Of a DNA stretch of 64,000 nt, positions 40,051 to 50,277 are shown in pieces. Source of the stretch: Syntrophobacteraceae bacterium. GTDB lineage: Bacteria > Desulfobacterota > Syntrophobacteria > Syntrophobacterales > Syntrophobacteraceae. The position numbers and the translations under genes are program-made. The notes below the pieces were generated by a model. It was given only the letters and a program-made list of their open reading frames with translations, was not told the origin of the DNA and did not search any database. The stretch spans positions 16,470 through 80,469 of the forward strand of contig PXBG01000120.1 of the NCBI GenBank assembly GCA_003566995.1, in the 5' to 3' direction. Numbering within the stretch: the first letter of the stretch is position 1; each line of letters starts with the position of its first letter.

Positions 40051-40518
40051 ATGAAAATCTATGAAGGAAAATTTCTGGCCCAAAACTACCGTTTCGGCAT
40101 CATTGTGAGTCGTTTCAACGATTTCATTGGGGAACGCCTGGTGGGGGGGGCTCTGGATGCATTGAAGCGTTGCGGGGCTGAAGAAAATGACATCGACATC
40201 TTCAAAGTCCCCGGTGCCTTCGAGATTCCCCTCCTTGCCAAGAAAGTGGCCGCCACAAAGCGCTACGACGCGGTCATCTGCCTGGGTGCGGTCATCCGGG
40301 GTTCCACACCTCACTTTGATTATGTGGCCAGCGAAGTCAGCAAGGGTATTGCCTCCGCCAGCATGGAAACGGGAATCCCCATCCTCTTTGGCGTGCTCAC
40401 CACCGACACTCTGGAGCAGGCCATCGAACGGGCAGGTTCCAAAGCAGGGAACAAAGGCTGGGAAGCTGCCATGGGAGCCATCGAAATGGTGGGGCTTCTC
40501 GAGCAGCTGCCTTCCTGA
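40051..40518 (+). CDS. ribH: 6,7-dimethyl-8-ribityllumazine synthase
   Basis: [35 protein letters not shown]. Confidence 0.93.
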   Translation: MKIYEGKFLAQNYRFGIIVSRFNDFIGERLVGGALDALKRCGAEENDIDIFKVPGAFEIPLLAKKVAATKRYDAVICLGAVIRGSTPHFDYVASEVSKGIASASMETGIPILFGVLTTDTLEQAIERAGSKAGNKGWEAAMGAIEMVGLLEQLPS

Positions 40519-40570
40519 TAGATTTTGGCCAGTTTTTTCAATCGAGCGGAATCATTTCCAATATAAGGGA

Positions 40571-40600
40571 CAGAGGGTGGTCCGGGACCACCCTCTGTTT
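40571..40600 (+). terminator. 12-bp perfect hairpin followed by TTTCCT between ribH and nusB (terminator/attenuator-like)
   Basis: CAGAGGGTGGTC-CGG-GACCACCCTCTG read directly. The U-tract is weak. Confidence 0.4.
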
Positions 40601-40618
40601 CCTCGTGGGGAAAAAGAA

Positions 40619-41122
40619 TTGAAGAATAAAGTAGGAATTCGCAGGCGTGCACGCGAAATGGCCATGCAACTCCTTTACCAGATAGAAGTCTCCCACACGC
40701 CACCCGAGGACGCCATCCCCCTCTACTATGGCCTCTTTTCCCATGAAGAGCACCTGGACTTTGAAATCCCCATGGCATCCAGGCCCTTTGCGGAAGAGCT
40801 GGTGTATGGCGTCGAAACGCACTTGGCAGATATCGACAAAACCCTGGAACGCTCCTCCCGGCACTGGCGCCTGGAGAGAATGACCCTCATCGACAAGAAC
40901 ATATTGCGCATCGCCCTCTACGAGATGTTTTACCTGAAGGAAATCCCACCCAAGGTTTCCATCAACGAGGCCATCGAAGTGGGCAAATCCTTTGGCACGG
41001 AAGATTCAAGAGCCTTCATCAACGGCATACTGGACCACATCCTCTCATCCATGCCCGGGAAGGAAAAAGAAGAAAACGCCAGCGCTTCATCCCTTGACAA
41101 CGATTCTCTTCCCGTGAAATGA
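40619..41122 (+). CDS. nusB: Transcription antitermination factor NusB
   Basis: [17 protein letters not shown]..., typical NusB start context. Conserved position after ribH. The start is uncertain: TTG 40619 or ATG 40658. The track ORF start at 40187 runs through ribH and is not credible. Confidence 0.8.
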   Translation: MKNKVGIRRRAREMAMQLLYQIEVSHTPPEDAIPLYYGLFSHEEHLDFEIPMASRPFAEELVYGVETHLADIDKTLERSSRHWRLERMTLIDKNILRIALYEMFYLKEIPPKVSINEAIEVGKSFGTEDSRAFINGILDHILSSMPGKEKEENASASSLDNDSLPVK

Positions 41123-41162
41123 AAAGAGCCTCAAAAAACCTGGTGCCATTTCCTGGCCTTTG

Positions 41163-41585
41163 TCACTCGGGAAACTTGATGGTCACCTTTTGCTCGCCCT
41201 CCTCTTCCTTGACCTTGACCAGCACCTCGATGCTGCTGTCTCCAATTCCCAGTGCCAGGGGCAGCTTGCCCTTTTCCCCTTCTATGTGACTGATCTGGCG
41301 CACGACGTTGAGAACCTTTTCACCCACTTCCGGGCCGGGGGATGGCAGTTCCGTCTTCTTGTATTTTGCCGTGGCGTGCATGCGACCATCTTCTTTCCTC
41401 TCCAGGGAGAGCTTTTCAGCTCCCGAATTGATGCCATGCAGCACTGCCAGGGCAAGCCACTTGAGGGCCCCCTGCTCCATGTCCGATTCTGAGTCGACGG
41501 TGGACATCTCTTTCAAATAATCCGTGGTCGCGTAGCAATCACAGAACTCCTGAAGCTTCAAATGCAGACCGCCTTTGTCCCTCAT
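41163..41585 (-). CDS. Hypothetical protein (140 aa)
   Basis: Track ORF with protein-like composition and a weak AAGGAA SD. No family recognised. Confidence 0.5.
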   Translation of the reverse strand: MRDKGGLHLKLQEFCDCYATTDYLKEMSTVDSESDMEQGALKWLALAVLHGINSGAEKLSLERKEDGRMHATAKYKKTELPSPGPEVGEKVLNVVRQISHIEGEKGKLPLALGIGDSSIEVLVKVKEEEGEQKVTIKFPE

Positions 41586-42128
41586 AGCGAATAATTCCTT
41601 TCGTTGTGTGTGAATTTTTCAAACAACTCTCAGTGGCCGCAGGGTTTCAGCCTGGAGCGCACATGGCCATTTGAGGGTTTCCCTCAGGAGGGCCTCCATG
41701 CAGAGGAACGGTTGAACGGGGAAATAAGGGTGGGGAGAAACGCTGAATACAAAGGGCACGGAAAAGGAAAAAATCATTGGGAGACTGATGCTGAAAAATG
41801 CCGGCGCGGATGACCGTTTTCCGGGCCGTCTGCTCCCTGCGAACATGCAGGTTTCATGAGCCGCGGTCGCCGCTGCAAAACAAGGCATCCATGCCTTCGG
41901 AAGGACGCTCACCCTCTGCGAACCTGTCATCCCCGCATGGAAATTGCGGGAATGACCGGGAAAAACCATGACTGAGCACACTGCTCACTGAATGCTGCTC
42001 ATAGGAACCAGCGTCCAATGGCCTGAAATTTCCTGCGCACTTTCCCGGACCCTGAACAGAGAGGTAAAGGGCCCCTTTCATGAAATCCGCCCGGAAAAGG
42101 CCTGTGGGACTTCCCCTGGCTTCCACGC

Positions 42129-42320
42129 CTACTCTTTGTCGGACTTATAACTTTCCTGGTAGACTTGGGGATTGATGTTTTTGGAATCAGGCCCGCCGCA
42201 GTCAGGAATGTAGCAAGAGACGTCCACAAATTCACATTTCTCTTTGCAGGCAGGACAAATATCGGGAGGCGTCATCACATCAATAGTATTGCCGCAATTG
42301 TTGCACTTCCAAATGGCCAT
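42129..42320 (-). CDS. Rubredoxin-like zinc/iron-ribbon protein (63 aa)
   Basis: WKCNNCG...CPACK pairs as in rubredoxin/rubrerythrin C-terminal domains. AGGAGG SD. Confidence 0.7.
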   Translation of the reverse strand: MAIWKCNNCGNTIDVMTPPDICPACKEKCEFVDVSCYIPDCGGPDSKNINPQVYQESYKSDKE

Positions 42321-42729
42321 TTTTTCCTCCTTGTCACCGATGAATGCGTCGATGATGGTTTCGATGTTGCGGGAACAGATCCTGTCGAGTTCTCTTCATG
42401 TTTTGAATATAGCCGTGTGAAGCACAAAAATCAATAAAGCATGCTCAATCTCGTCAAGGCTCCACCTCCCCTTCTTCCGGCTCCGTCCCCTTTCCACCTC
42501 GCAGGTCGATCATTTTTCCGGAACTGAAAGCTTTCCCGCTCCCCCTGCAAAAACATGGTGTATAATGCTCCCTGTTCTTTTGCTTGCAATCCTCCTGAAG
42601 GTTGTGCTTTCAATCCCGTGGCAGCGATCCATGACAGAGTTTTTCTGGCTGAAGAATTTTCCCGAATGTATGGCCTGAGCATTTCAAAGGAAACAGGACC
42701 TCAACCACCAGGCATGGACACGGAATCAC

Positions 42730-43989
42730 ATGGTACAGTGGAACATCATCCTCCTTTCTTTCATGGCCCTCTTTTTGCTCCAGTGGCTTTGTGAGCTTTA
42801 CATGGGAAGGCTGAACATCAGGCACCTCAAAAGGCACAGGGACCTGATCCCTCACTCTTTCAAGGGTGCCCTGGACGAGGAGGCGCTTGGCCGCATGACC
42901 GCCTACACCATCGAAACCCAGCGGCTTTCCGCGTATGCGGGCAGCGTGAGTCAGGCCATCCTTTTCCTGCTCATTTTCACCGGTTTTCTTGGAGGCGTGG
43001 CCCGGTTTTCAGCCAGTTTGGAAATGCCCCTCTATTTGGAGGCCCTGGGTTTCTTTTTCATCCCCGGAGCCATTCTCTACGCGGCGAACTTGCCTTTTGA
43101 TCACCATGACACTTTTGTTGTGGAAGAAAAATACGGGTTCAACCGTTCCACAAAAAAAGTCTGGGTCCTGGACCACCTCAAGTCCCTCCTGGTCAGTTCC
43201 ATCCTTTTCGCCCTGTTGCTGGGAGTGATTCTTTTCATGATGACCAGTTATCCCTCCACCTGGTGGCTGTGGGCTTTTGGTGCCGTTTCAGCCATACAGA
43301 TCTCGCTGGTGCTCATTTACCCCGTGGTCATTGCTCCCCTCTTCAACAAATTCGAACCCGTCAGGGACGAAGAACTTCGCCAGAAGATCCTCCGGCTGAT
43401 GGAAAACAATGGCATCAGGGTGAAAAAAGTCCTTCAGATGGACGCTGGCCTGCGCAGTGGACACACCAATGCCTACTTCACAGGCCTTGGAAAAACCAAG
43501 CAGATCGTCCTCTATGACACCCTGCTGGAATCACACACACAAGAGGAGATTCTCGCCGTTCTGGCTCATGAGGCAGGCCACTTCAAAAACAACCATGTGC
43601 CCAAGCAGCTCATCCTCGCCCTGGGTTCCATGCTTTTGGTTTTCCTGGGCATTTTTCTTCTTCTCTCCTGGCCTCCCTTTTTGAGCAGCTTTGGCTTTGA
43701 AGCATCCCAGGAGTATGCGGGACTTTTACTGGCGGGAATTTTCTGGCAAAAGGCGGCCTACTTTCTACAACCCATGCCCAAGGCTGTTTCCAGGCACTTT
43801 GAAAGGGAAGCGGACCGATGCGCGGCGAAACTGATGGGGAGTGCGCAACCCATGATTCAGACCCTCAAAAGGCTCGCTGTGGACAATCTGGCCAACCTGA
43901 CTCCTCACCCCTGGTATGTGTTTTTCAACTATTCCCACCCCCCCATTGTGGAGCGCATCGAGCACCTGGAAAGCCTCGATTCCCTCTGA
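42730..43989 (+). CDS. M48 family (Ste24/HtpX-like) membrane metalloprotease
   Basis: HEAGHFKNNH (HExxH), multiple TM segments, about 420 aa as in Ste24-type enzymes. Confidence 0.85.
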   Translation: MVQWNIILLSFMALFLLQWLCELYMGRLNIRHLKRHRDLIPHSFKGALDEEALGRMTAYTIETQRLSAYAGSVSQAILFLLIFTGFLGGVARFSASLEMPLYLEALGFFFIPGAILYAANLPFDHHDTFVVEEKYGFNRSTKKVWVLDHLKSLLVSSILFALLLGVILFMMTSYPSTWWLWAFGAVSAIQISLVLIYPVVIAPLFNKFEPVRDEELRQKILRLMENNGIRVKKVLQMDAGLRSGHTNAYFTGLGKTKQIVLYDTLLESHTQEEILAVLAHEAGHFKNNHVPKQLILALGSMLLVFLGIFLLLSWPPFLSSFGFEASQEYAGLLLAGIFWQKAAYFLQPMPKAVSRHFEREADRCAAKLMGSAQPMIQTLKRLAVDNLANLTPHPWYVFFNYSHPPIVERIEHLESLDSL

Positions 43990-44233
43990 TTTTCAGAATC
44001 CAAGGCCCATTCTCCTCTCACCCCCCTGAAACCCGAAGGACCTTTCACACGGTCGAACCCTCAGGAATTTCAGAAGCATCCCGGCCATCGGCCTGAAGCT
44101 CCTTCCATTGGAAGAGATCACGGTGCCGGTTTCCTGTCCCTTTCAGGGCGGACGACCCCTGCACTGCTGGCGGTGTTTCCCCCAATGAGGTGGGCTCAAG
44201 CTGTCTCACCCAATGCGAAAGTCCACTCACGGC

Positions 44234-44263
44234 ATTCCCGCGCAGGCGGGAATCCCTTTTTTT
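44234..44263 (+). terminator. Rho-independent terminator about 245 nt downstream of the M48 gene stop
   Basis: ATTCCCGC-GCAG-GCGGGAAT followed by CCC then T7. Confidence 0.6.
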
Positions 44264-44375
44264 GCAGGGCCTTCCGCCTCCCCCGCCTTGGCAGGGATGG
44301 CGGAGCAGGACAGCACCATCCCTCAAGTCAACGGCATTTGCGGTGCTCTCCTGGCTGCTGCCGTTTTTTTGAGCC

Positions 44376-46214
44376 CTAAGGGCTGGATTCTTCTGGTCCC
44401 CCGCCCGAAAGCCTCAAACCTTTGCCATCGTGCAAAGACTGCAGGTGATGGTAGACCCCGTTCAGCCTCATGAGATCCTCGTGAGTCCCCTCCTCCACAA
44501 TCCTGCCTTGATCCAGAACCAGAATACGATCGGCCCTGCGAATGGTGGAGAGGCGATGGGCGATCACCAGGCTTGTTCTGCTGGATAGAGCGGCTTGAAT
44601 GGCCCTTTCGATGAGCATCTCCGTTTCCGTGTCCACATTGGCCGTGGCTTCATCGAGGACGAGAATGCGGGGGTTTCTCGCGAGCACGCGTGCAAAAGCC
44701 AAGAGCTGCTTCTCCCCGGCGGAAAGGTCCATGCCCCCCTCACCCACCCGCGTTTCCAGACCCTCGGGAAGGTGTTTGAGAAGGGAGTTGAGCTGGGAAA
44801 GTTCCAGAATGCTCTCCAGATCCAACCCTTCAAGCTTTCCATCGAGGAGGATGTTCTCCCGAATGGTTCCGGGAATGATGAAAACTTCCTGCATGACGAG
44901 CCCCACAAGGTCTCTCAGCCAGTGCTCGTCCATGGTTCTCAGATCCACCCCGTCTATGGTGATCCTTCCCTCCCAAGGGTCGTAAAATCGCTCCAAAAGG
45001 TTGATGATCGTCGTTTTGCCCGATCCGGTGGCTCCCACTATGGCCAGGGTTTTTCCCGGAGCAACATGAAAGGACACCTGGCGCAAAACGGGATGTTCTT
45101 CCGCATACCTGAAGCTCACATTCTCAAAACGGATGTCCCCCCTCACAGGAAAGTCCTTCAGAGGGTGCTCCGCAACGGGAAGCCTGTCCTTGGTTTCAAG
45201 GAGTTGAAATATTCTTTCCGCCGAAGCCAGGGCCGACTGAACGATGGAGTATTTTTGGGAAAGCTCGCGCAGAGGCTGAAAAAAGAGCCGTATGTAGGAG
45301 ATGAACGCCGTGAGTTCCCCCAGTGTCATGTGCTGGCGTATGATTTCTCCACCCCCGTACCAGATGATCAGGGCCATGGCCACGGAACTCATGACTTCAA
45401 TGACAGGCATGAAAATTCCAAATATTTTTACCTGATACATGGCACTGTCGTAATAGCGGTCATTGAGTTTGCGAAACTCCCGGTGAGCTTCCCGTTCCCT
45501 GAGGAATATCTGGATCACGGACATTCCCCATATGGTTTCCTGAACGTAAGAGTTGATCTCCGCAAGGTGCGTCCTGATTCTTCTGAAAGCATCCCTGCTG
45601 AGTCTTCCAAAAACCACCGTGATGACAAACAGGATGGGAAAAATGGCGCACAGGACCAGGGACAGACGCCAGTTCATCCAGAACATGATGGCAAGGATTC
45701 CCACCAGACGAACCCCGTCGTTGAAAAGGGTGACGATGACGGAGGTGAACATTTCATACATGTTTTGAATGTCATTGGTGAGGCGCGTCACAAGCCGCCC
45801 TACGGGCTGATTCTGAAAAAAGGAGAGGTCGAGCTTGACCACGTGCTGAAAGAGTCCCTGGCGCAGAGCGTGCATGATCCTTTGGCCTGTCCATTCGAGG
45901 GTCACCACCTGAAAGAAATTGGTGACAAACCCCACAAGGATGACTCCCAGAAAAACAGCCGCAACAAGGGAAAGGCCCTGAAAGCGTTCCGCCACGGAGA
46001 GGCTTTCATTGAGGATATGGTCATCCATTCCCACCTGCACCAGTCGTGGAATGGCCAGACTCGTGGCAGTGACGATGAACGACAGAACAATGGCCAGCGA
46101 CAGGCCTCTCCACTGGGGCAGAATGTAGGGGAAAAGACCTTTCCACAGCTTCATGTCTTTCGCATGGAAGTCTTTTTCTTCCTGGAAACGGGCAGGGTTC
46201 CGGCGCATCTTCAC
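44376..46214 (-). CDS. ABC exporter, fused permease/ATPase (MdlB/MsbA-like)
   Basis: Six-TM N-terminal half. Walker A GATGSGKTT, signature LSAGEKQ, Walker B ILVLDEAT. Confidence 0.9.
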   Translation of the reverse strand: MKMRRNPARFQEEKDFHAKDMKLWKGLFPYILPQWRGLSLAIVLSFIVTATSLAIPRLVQVGMDDHILNESLSVAERFQGLSLVAAVFLGVILVGFVTNFFQVVTLEWTGQRIMHALRQGLFQHVVKLDLSFFQNQPVGRLVTRLTNDIQNMYEMFTSVIVTLFNDGVRLVGILAIMFWMNWRLSLVLCAIFPILFVITVVFGRLSRDAFRRIRTHLAEINSYVQETIWGMSVIQIFLREREAHREFRKLNDRYYDSAMYQVKIFGIFMPVIEVMSSVAMALIIWYGGGEIIRQHMTLGELTAFISYIRLFFQPLRELSQKYSIVQSALASAERIFQLLETKDRLPVAEHPLKDFPVRGDIRFENVSFRYAEEHPVLRQVSFHVAPGKTLAIVGATGSGKTTIINLLERFYDPWEGRITIDGVDLRTMDEHWLRDLVGLVMQEVFIIPGTIRENILLDGKLEGLDLESILELSQLNSLLKHLPEGLETRVGEGGMDLSAGEKQLLAFARVLARNPRILVLDEATANVDTETEMLIERAIQAALSSRTSLVIAHRLSTIRRADRILVLDQGRIVEEGTHEDLMRLNGVYHHLQSLHDGKGLRLSGGGPEESSP

Positions 46215-46250
46215 ACTCCCCCCATGGCGGCAACCATGACTGAGGTCATG

Positions 46251-48080
46251 TCATCCTCCGGAAGTCTGCTGGCGATGAATGTTGGCATAAAAGCCTCCTC
46301 TTTCCAGCAGTTGTTCATGAGACCCCACCTCCACCACTTTCCCTTCTTCCAGAACCATGATCTCGTGTGCGTCCGCAAGAGGAGCGACCCGGTGTGAAAC
46401 GACAATGCAGGTGCGTCCGGAAAGATAGTTGGCGATGGAGCGAATGATGGCATGTTCCGTTTCCATGTCCACAGCCGACAGGCCGTCATCGATGATGATG
46501 ATGGGGCGTTCCAGGAGCAGGGCCCTGGCAATGGCAATCCGCTGGCGCTGTCCTCCGGAAAGGTTCACCCCTTTTTCCCCAATGCGCGTGTCATAACCTT
46601 CCTGCATGGCCATGATTTCATCGTGGATGGAGGCTGCCCTTGCAACGGCCTCGATCTCCTCCCTGCCCGCATCTTTTTTTCCCATGGCGATGTTGTGAGC
46701 GATGGTGCTGGAGAACAGAATGACCTCCTGGGGCACGTAAGCCAGGGCTCCCCGTACGGCGCTCAAAGGCAGATCATTCACGTCCAGGCCGTCCAGATAG
46801 AGGGCTCCGTCCTGAACGGGATAGAGCCTTGCGAGGAGATGGCACAAGGTGGTTTTGCCCGACCCCGTTCGCCCCACAACACCCAGGAAAGTCCCCGGAG
46901 AGATTTGCAGCGAGATGTCCCTGAGGGCCGGCCTCTTGTGCCCGGGAAACACAAAGGAAAGATTTTCCATTCGAATTTCCCCTCGCAGCCCTGATGGGGG
47001 GTAAAATGTGCCAGGCAAGTCCTCGCGTGTTTCCACAATGGGTTTTTCTTCCAGGAGGGTCTGAATGCGGGACAATGAGGTGACGCCGCGCTGAAAAAGG
47101 TTTGTGACCCATCCAAGAGCCATCATGGGCCACGTCATGAGGAAGAGGTAGGCGATGAAGGCCACAAAGTCTCCCACGGTGATGGTGCCCAAAATGGTCA
47201 TGCGCCCTCCGTAGAAGAGGACCAGGAGCATGCTCAGATTGCCTATGAAGCCGGAAATGGGAAAGAGGGTGCCATGAATGCCCGCCAGCCTGAGATTGTC
47301 CCTCACATAAGCCTGTCCCAGTTCATCGAACCTGGACTCCTGCGACGACTCCTGGTTGTAAGCCTTGACCAGGCGAATGGACGAGAAGGTGGATCGGACG
47401 AACTCGGTCATGTGGGAAAACTGTTCCTGCACCTTTCGAAAACGGCGGTGAAGATGACCGGAAAGAACACGCGTGAGAAGGGCCAGGATGGGCATGGGGG
47501 CAATGGCGATGAGGGTGAGGGTGGGACTGATGTAGGCCATGAAAGCTATGGCCGCAAGGCCCATGAAAAGAGCATCCACCATTGCCACAAGCCCCATCCC
47601 CGTGGCCAGTTGGACGGAGGAGAGGTCATTGGTGGTGAGCGCCATGACCTCTCCCGGCGTTCTGCGCTGATAAAATGCCCGGTCGAGAGTGAGCAGGTGG
47701 CTCACCATGCGGTTTCGCAGATCCGTTTCCATGATGCGGGAAAACCCCAGGAGGAAAACCCGCCAAAAATACCTTAAAAGGGCAATGAAGACCGCTATGA
47801 GAACGATCCAGCCGCCGTAAAACAGGAGTGTCTCCGTCGTGGCCGTCCCCGTTTGCAAACTGTCCACGGCATGCTTGATGATGCGGGGAATGATGAGCTG
47901 AAGGGTATCCACCACCATGAGACAGAAGAAACCGAGAGCGAGTCTTCGCCAGTGCTTTTTGAAATAGGGAATGGCCAGGTGAAAAGAACGCCACGGACTT
48001 TCTTTGTGGGTGCTTTCTTCATGGCCTGCCCGTTCAGGATTTTCTCCCGAGGGGGTTTGGCCTCCTTTGCTGTGACTCAC
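46251..48080 (-). CDS. ABC exporter, fused permease/ATPase (MdlA-like partner)
   Basis: Walker A GRTGSGKTT, signature LSGGQRQR, Walker B IIIIDDGLS. GTG start overlaps the upstream stop (GTGA). Confidence 0.9.
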   Translation of the reverse strand: MSHSKGGQTPSGENPERAGHEESTHKESPWRSFHLAIPYFKKHWRRLALGFFCLMVVDTLQLIIPRIIKHAVDSLQTGTATTETLLFYGGWIVLIAVFIALLRYFWRVFLLGFSRIMETDLRNRMVSHLLTLDRAFYQRRTPGEVMALTTNDLSSVQLATGMGLVAMVDALFMGLAAIAFMAYISPTLTLIAIAPMPILALLTRVLSGHLHRRFRKVQEQFSHMTEFVRSTFSSIRLVKAYNQESSQESRFDELGQAYVRDNLRLAGIHGTLFPISGFIGNLSMLLVLFYGGRMTILGTITVGDFVAFIAYLFLMTWPMMALGWVTNLFQRGVTSLSRIQTLLEEKPIVETREDLPGTFYPPSGLRGEIRMENLSFVFPGHKRPALRDISLQISPGTFLGVVGRTGSGKTTLCHLLARLYPVQDGALYLDGLDVNDLPLSAVRGALAYVPQEVILFSSTIAHNIAMGKKDAGREEIEAVARAASIHDEIMAMQEGYDTRIGEKGVNLSGGQRQRIAIARALLLERPIIIIDDGLSAVDMETEHAIIRSIANYLSGRTCIVVSHRVAPLADAHEIMVLEEGKVVEVGSHEQLLERGGFYANIHRQQTSGG

Positions 48081-48676
48081 GCCCCTTCCTCATCGTCCAA
48101 CGCCCGAGCAAACTCAAAACCCGCCCAATAGGCCTCCTTCAGAAACTCTTCGTGCTGGAGCACATCCCCTTCAAAATCCAACCCCCGGTAGAGAAGGCTT
48201 CGCCACAACTCTGCGTTCACAGCATCCAGAAAATACCGGACCGTGAGCAGGGCTCCATCGAAAAGCTTTTTGCCACTGGTCGCCCCCACGCTGATGAACA
48301 GGCCCTTGCGCCCTGGCTTCTCAACACCGAAACTCGCCCCTTCCAGCCAGTATTTTTTGACCCAGAAAGACTGACAGCGATCCATGAAAATCTTCATGTG
48401 GGCACTCACCGTGTAAAAAAAAATGGGAGAAGCCAGCATCAGTCCCCTGGCCTGAAGGATCTGATCATAAAGCGCCTGAAAATCATCCTGCAGAACGCAA
48501 CGGCCCGTGATTTTGCAGCCGTAAATTTCAAGACAGGGAGACATTTTGAGATCGCGCAGCACCACCTCTTCCACCGTGCCGCCACCGTCCCGCGCACCCT
48601 GAACCGCTTGCCGCAGCAGGTGAGACGTGTTTCCCTGCCGACGGGGACTTCCATACACTGCCAAGATTTTTCCCAT
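48077..48676 (-). CDS. Flavodoxin-fold NAD(P)H-dependent FMN reductase / iron-sulfur flavoprotein-like protein
   Basis: MGKILAVYGSPRRQGNTSHLL N-terminus typical of this fold. Cys cluster CLEIYGCKITGRC. Confidence 0.7.
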   Translation of the reverse strand: MGKILAVYGSPRRQGNTSHLLRQAVQGARDGGGTVEEVVLRDLKMSPCLEIYGCKITGRCVLQDDFQALYDQILQARGLMLASPIFFYTVSAHMKIFMDRCQSFWVKKYWLEGASFGVEKPGRKGLFISVGATSGKKLFDGALLTVRYFLDAVNAELWRSLLYRGLDFEGDVLQHEEFLKEAYWAGFEFARALDDEEGA

Positions 48677-48861
48677 GATTCCTCAACCTGTGCATTTCAG
48701 GACAACAATGACCGTGCAATCTTCAAAACTTTGGTTTCTAATAGTTTTTTCCTGTAGTATGATAGCGGTTTATGTTCATTTTGTACCCCATATGACCATT
48801 GCACCCTTCAAGGCTCAGAGGACACTGTGCGAAACCTTTTCTTGAGGTGCAAGGCGTGCAG

Positions 48862-50277
48862 ATGAGGAGAATCGAAGGAGAACTCTCCGCGGGAACACCA
48901 ATCTATTTCAATGAGAAGGATCAAGAACTGATGGATTACAGAATCATACTACCAGAAAAAGATTTGCCCAAACAGTGGTACAATGTTCTTCCTGATCTGC
49001 CGGAACCCCTTCCACCACCTCTGCATCCGGAAACACTCAAGCCCATACAACCCCATGAACTGGCTCCCATTTTTCCTGATGCCCTCATTGAACAAGAAGC
49101 TTCTCCCCATGAGTGGATAGATATTCCCGCGCCTGTCTCGGAAGTCTATCGCCTCTTCCGCCCCACCCCCCTCGTGCGTGCTCATCGATTGGAAGCCGCC
49201 CTGGGCACGAAAGCGAAAATTTACTACAAAGACGAGTCGGTCTCTCCGGCGGGATCCCATAAACCCAATACGGCCATCCCTCAGGCATACTTCAACAAGG
49301 CGGAAGGCGTTCGGCGCATCGCCACGGAAACGGGCGCCGGCCAGTGGGGAACCGCTCTGGCTTTCGCCTGTCAGATGTATGGCATCCAGTGCACCGTGTA
49401 CATGGTCCGGTGCAGCTATGAACAAAAGCCCTACCGGGGCATCCTGATCAGAGCCTACGGTGCAGAAGTCTTTCCCTCCCCTTCGGAAAGAACCAGTTTC
49501 GGCCGGCACCTTCTGGCTTCGGACCCTCAGTGCTCGGGCAGCCTGGGCGTTGCCATATCAGAAGCCATCGAAGATGCCGCCAGCCGGGAAGACACCAAGT
49601 ACGCCCTGGGGAGTGTCCTCAACCACGTGGTCCTGCACCAGACCATCATGGGACTGGAAACGCAGAAACAGTTGCAGATGGTGGGAGAAAAAGCAGACAT
49701 GCTCATCGGTTGTGTGGGAGGCGGCAGCAATTTCGCCGGACTTGTTCTCCCCTTCGTGCCCGACAAACTCGCGGGACAGGCCGTGCGATTCCTGGCAGTG
49801 GAACCTCACGCCTGCCCGACCCTCACCCGTGGTCATTACCGATATGACTATGGCGACGTGGCACGGCTCACTCCCCTCCTGAAAATGCACACGCTGGGGC
49901 ATAATTTTTTTCCACCTCCCATTCACGCGGGCGGCTTGAGGTACCATGGAGAAGCTCCCATATTGAGCCACCTGGCGCGGTTGGGCATCGTGGAGGCAAA
50001 AGCCTATTATCAAACGGAAGTTTTCGAGGCTGCCAGGCTCTTTCTCAACACGGAAGGCTTTCTCCCCGCCCCGGAAACCTCGCACGCCATCAAAGCCGCC
50101 ATCGATGCGGCCAGGGAAGCTGAACCGGGATCGGTCATCGTATTTTTGTATTCGGGACATGGTTTTCTTGATCTGGGGGCTTATGAACACTACCTTCGAG
50201 GTGAGTTGAAAGACGAAGAATACACGGACGAACAGCTTCAGACGTCCATGCAGTCATGCCCCGAAGTAGGCTTTTGA
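48862..50277 (+). CDS. TrpB-like PLP-dependent enzyme (tryptophan synthase beta, type 2 family)
   Basis: [23 protein letters not shown]-terminal signature of TrpB2-type proteins, [11 protein letters not shown] lysine motif, GGGSNFAG. The start is uncertain (track ORF starts at 48799). Confidence 0.8.
   Translation: MRRIEGELSAGTPIYFNEKDQELMDYRIILPEKDLPKQWYNVLPDLPEPLPPPLHPETLKPIQPHELAPIFPDALIEQEASPHEWIDIPAPVSEVYRLFRPTPLVRAHRLEAALGTKAKIYYKDESVSPAGSHKPNTAIPQAYFNKAEGVRRIATETGAGQWGTALAFACQMYGIQCTVYMVRCSYEQKPYRGILIRAYGAEVFPSPSERTSFGRHLLASDPQCSGSLGVAISEAIEDAASREDTKYALGSVLNHVVLHQTIMGLETQKQLQMVGEKADMLIGCVGGGSNFAGLVLPFVPDKLAGQAVRFLAVEPHACPTLTRGHYRYDYGDVARLTPLLKMHTLGHNFFPPPIHAGGLRYHGEAPILSHLARLGIVEAKAYYQTEVFEAARLFLNTEGFLPAPETSHAIKAAIDAAREAEPGSVIVFLYSGHGFLDLGAYEHYLRGELKDEEYTDEQLQTSMQSCPEVGF

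Noticed and set aside
40187-40618. The 311-aa track ORF start at 40187 for the nusB frame.
   Set aside because: The upstream 140 codons overlap ribH in another frame and run through a 12-bp hairpin. NusB similarity starts only at about 40619-40658.
41631-41700. Cobalamin riboswitch suspected from GCCACTG (B12-box-like) and GCTGAAACCCTGCGGCCACTG on the minus strand.
   Set aside because: No GGGAAGGC or AGYCAGGAGACCUGCC elements follow, and no AAUAGGGAA/GGUG...AAUCC core precedes. The downstream gene is not B12-related.
44285-44327. SRP (4.5S) RNA suspected because the minus strand contains GGTGCTGT ... CCAAGGC.
   Set aside because: The universally conserved domain IV core (GGUCCGGAAGGAAGCAGCC with GGAA tetraloop) is absent. 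The segment folds as a simple 7-bp hairpin instead.
44595-46397. 600-aa plus-strand ORF.
   Set aside because: It is antisense to the ABC exporter gene, which has Walker A/B and signature motifs. The product is not protein-like.
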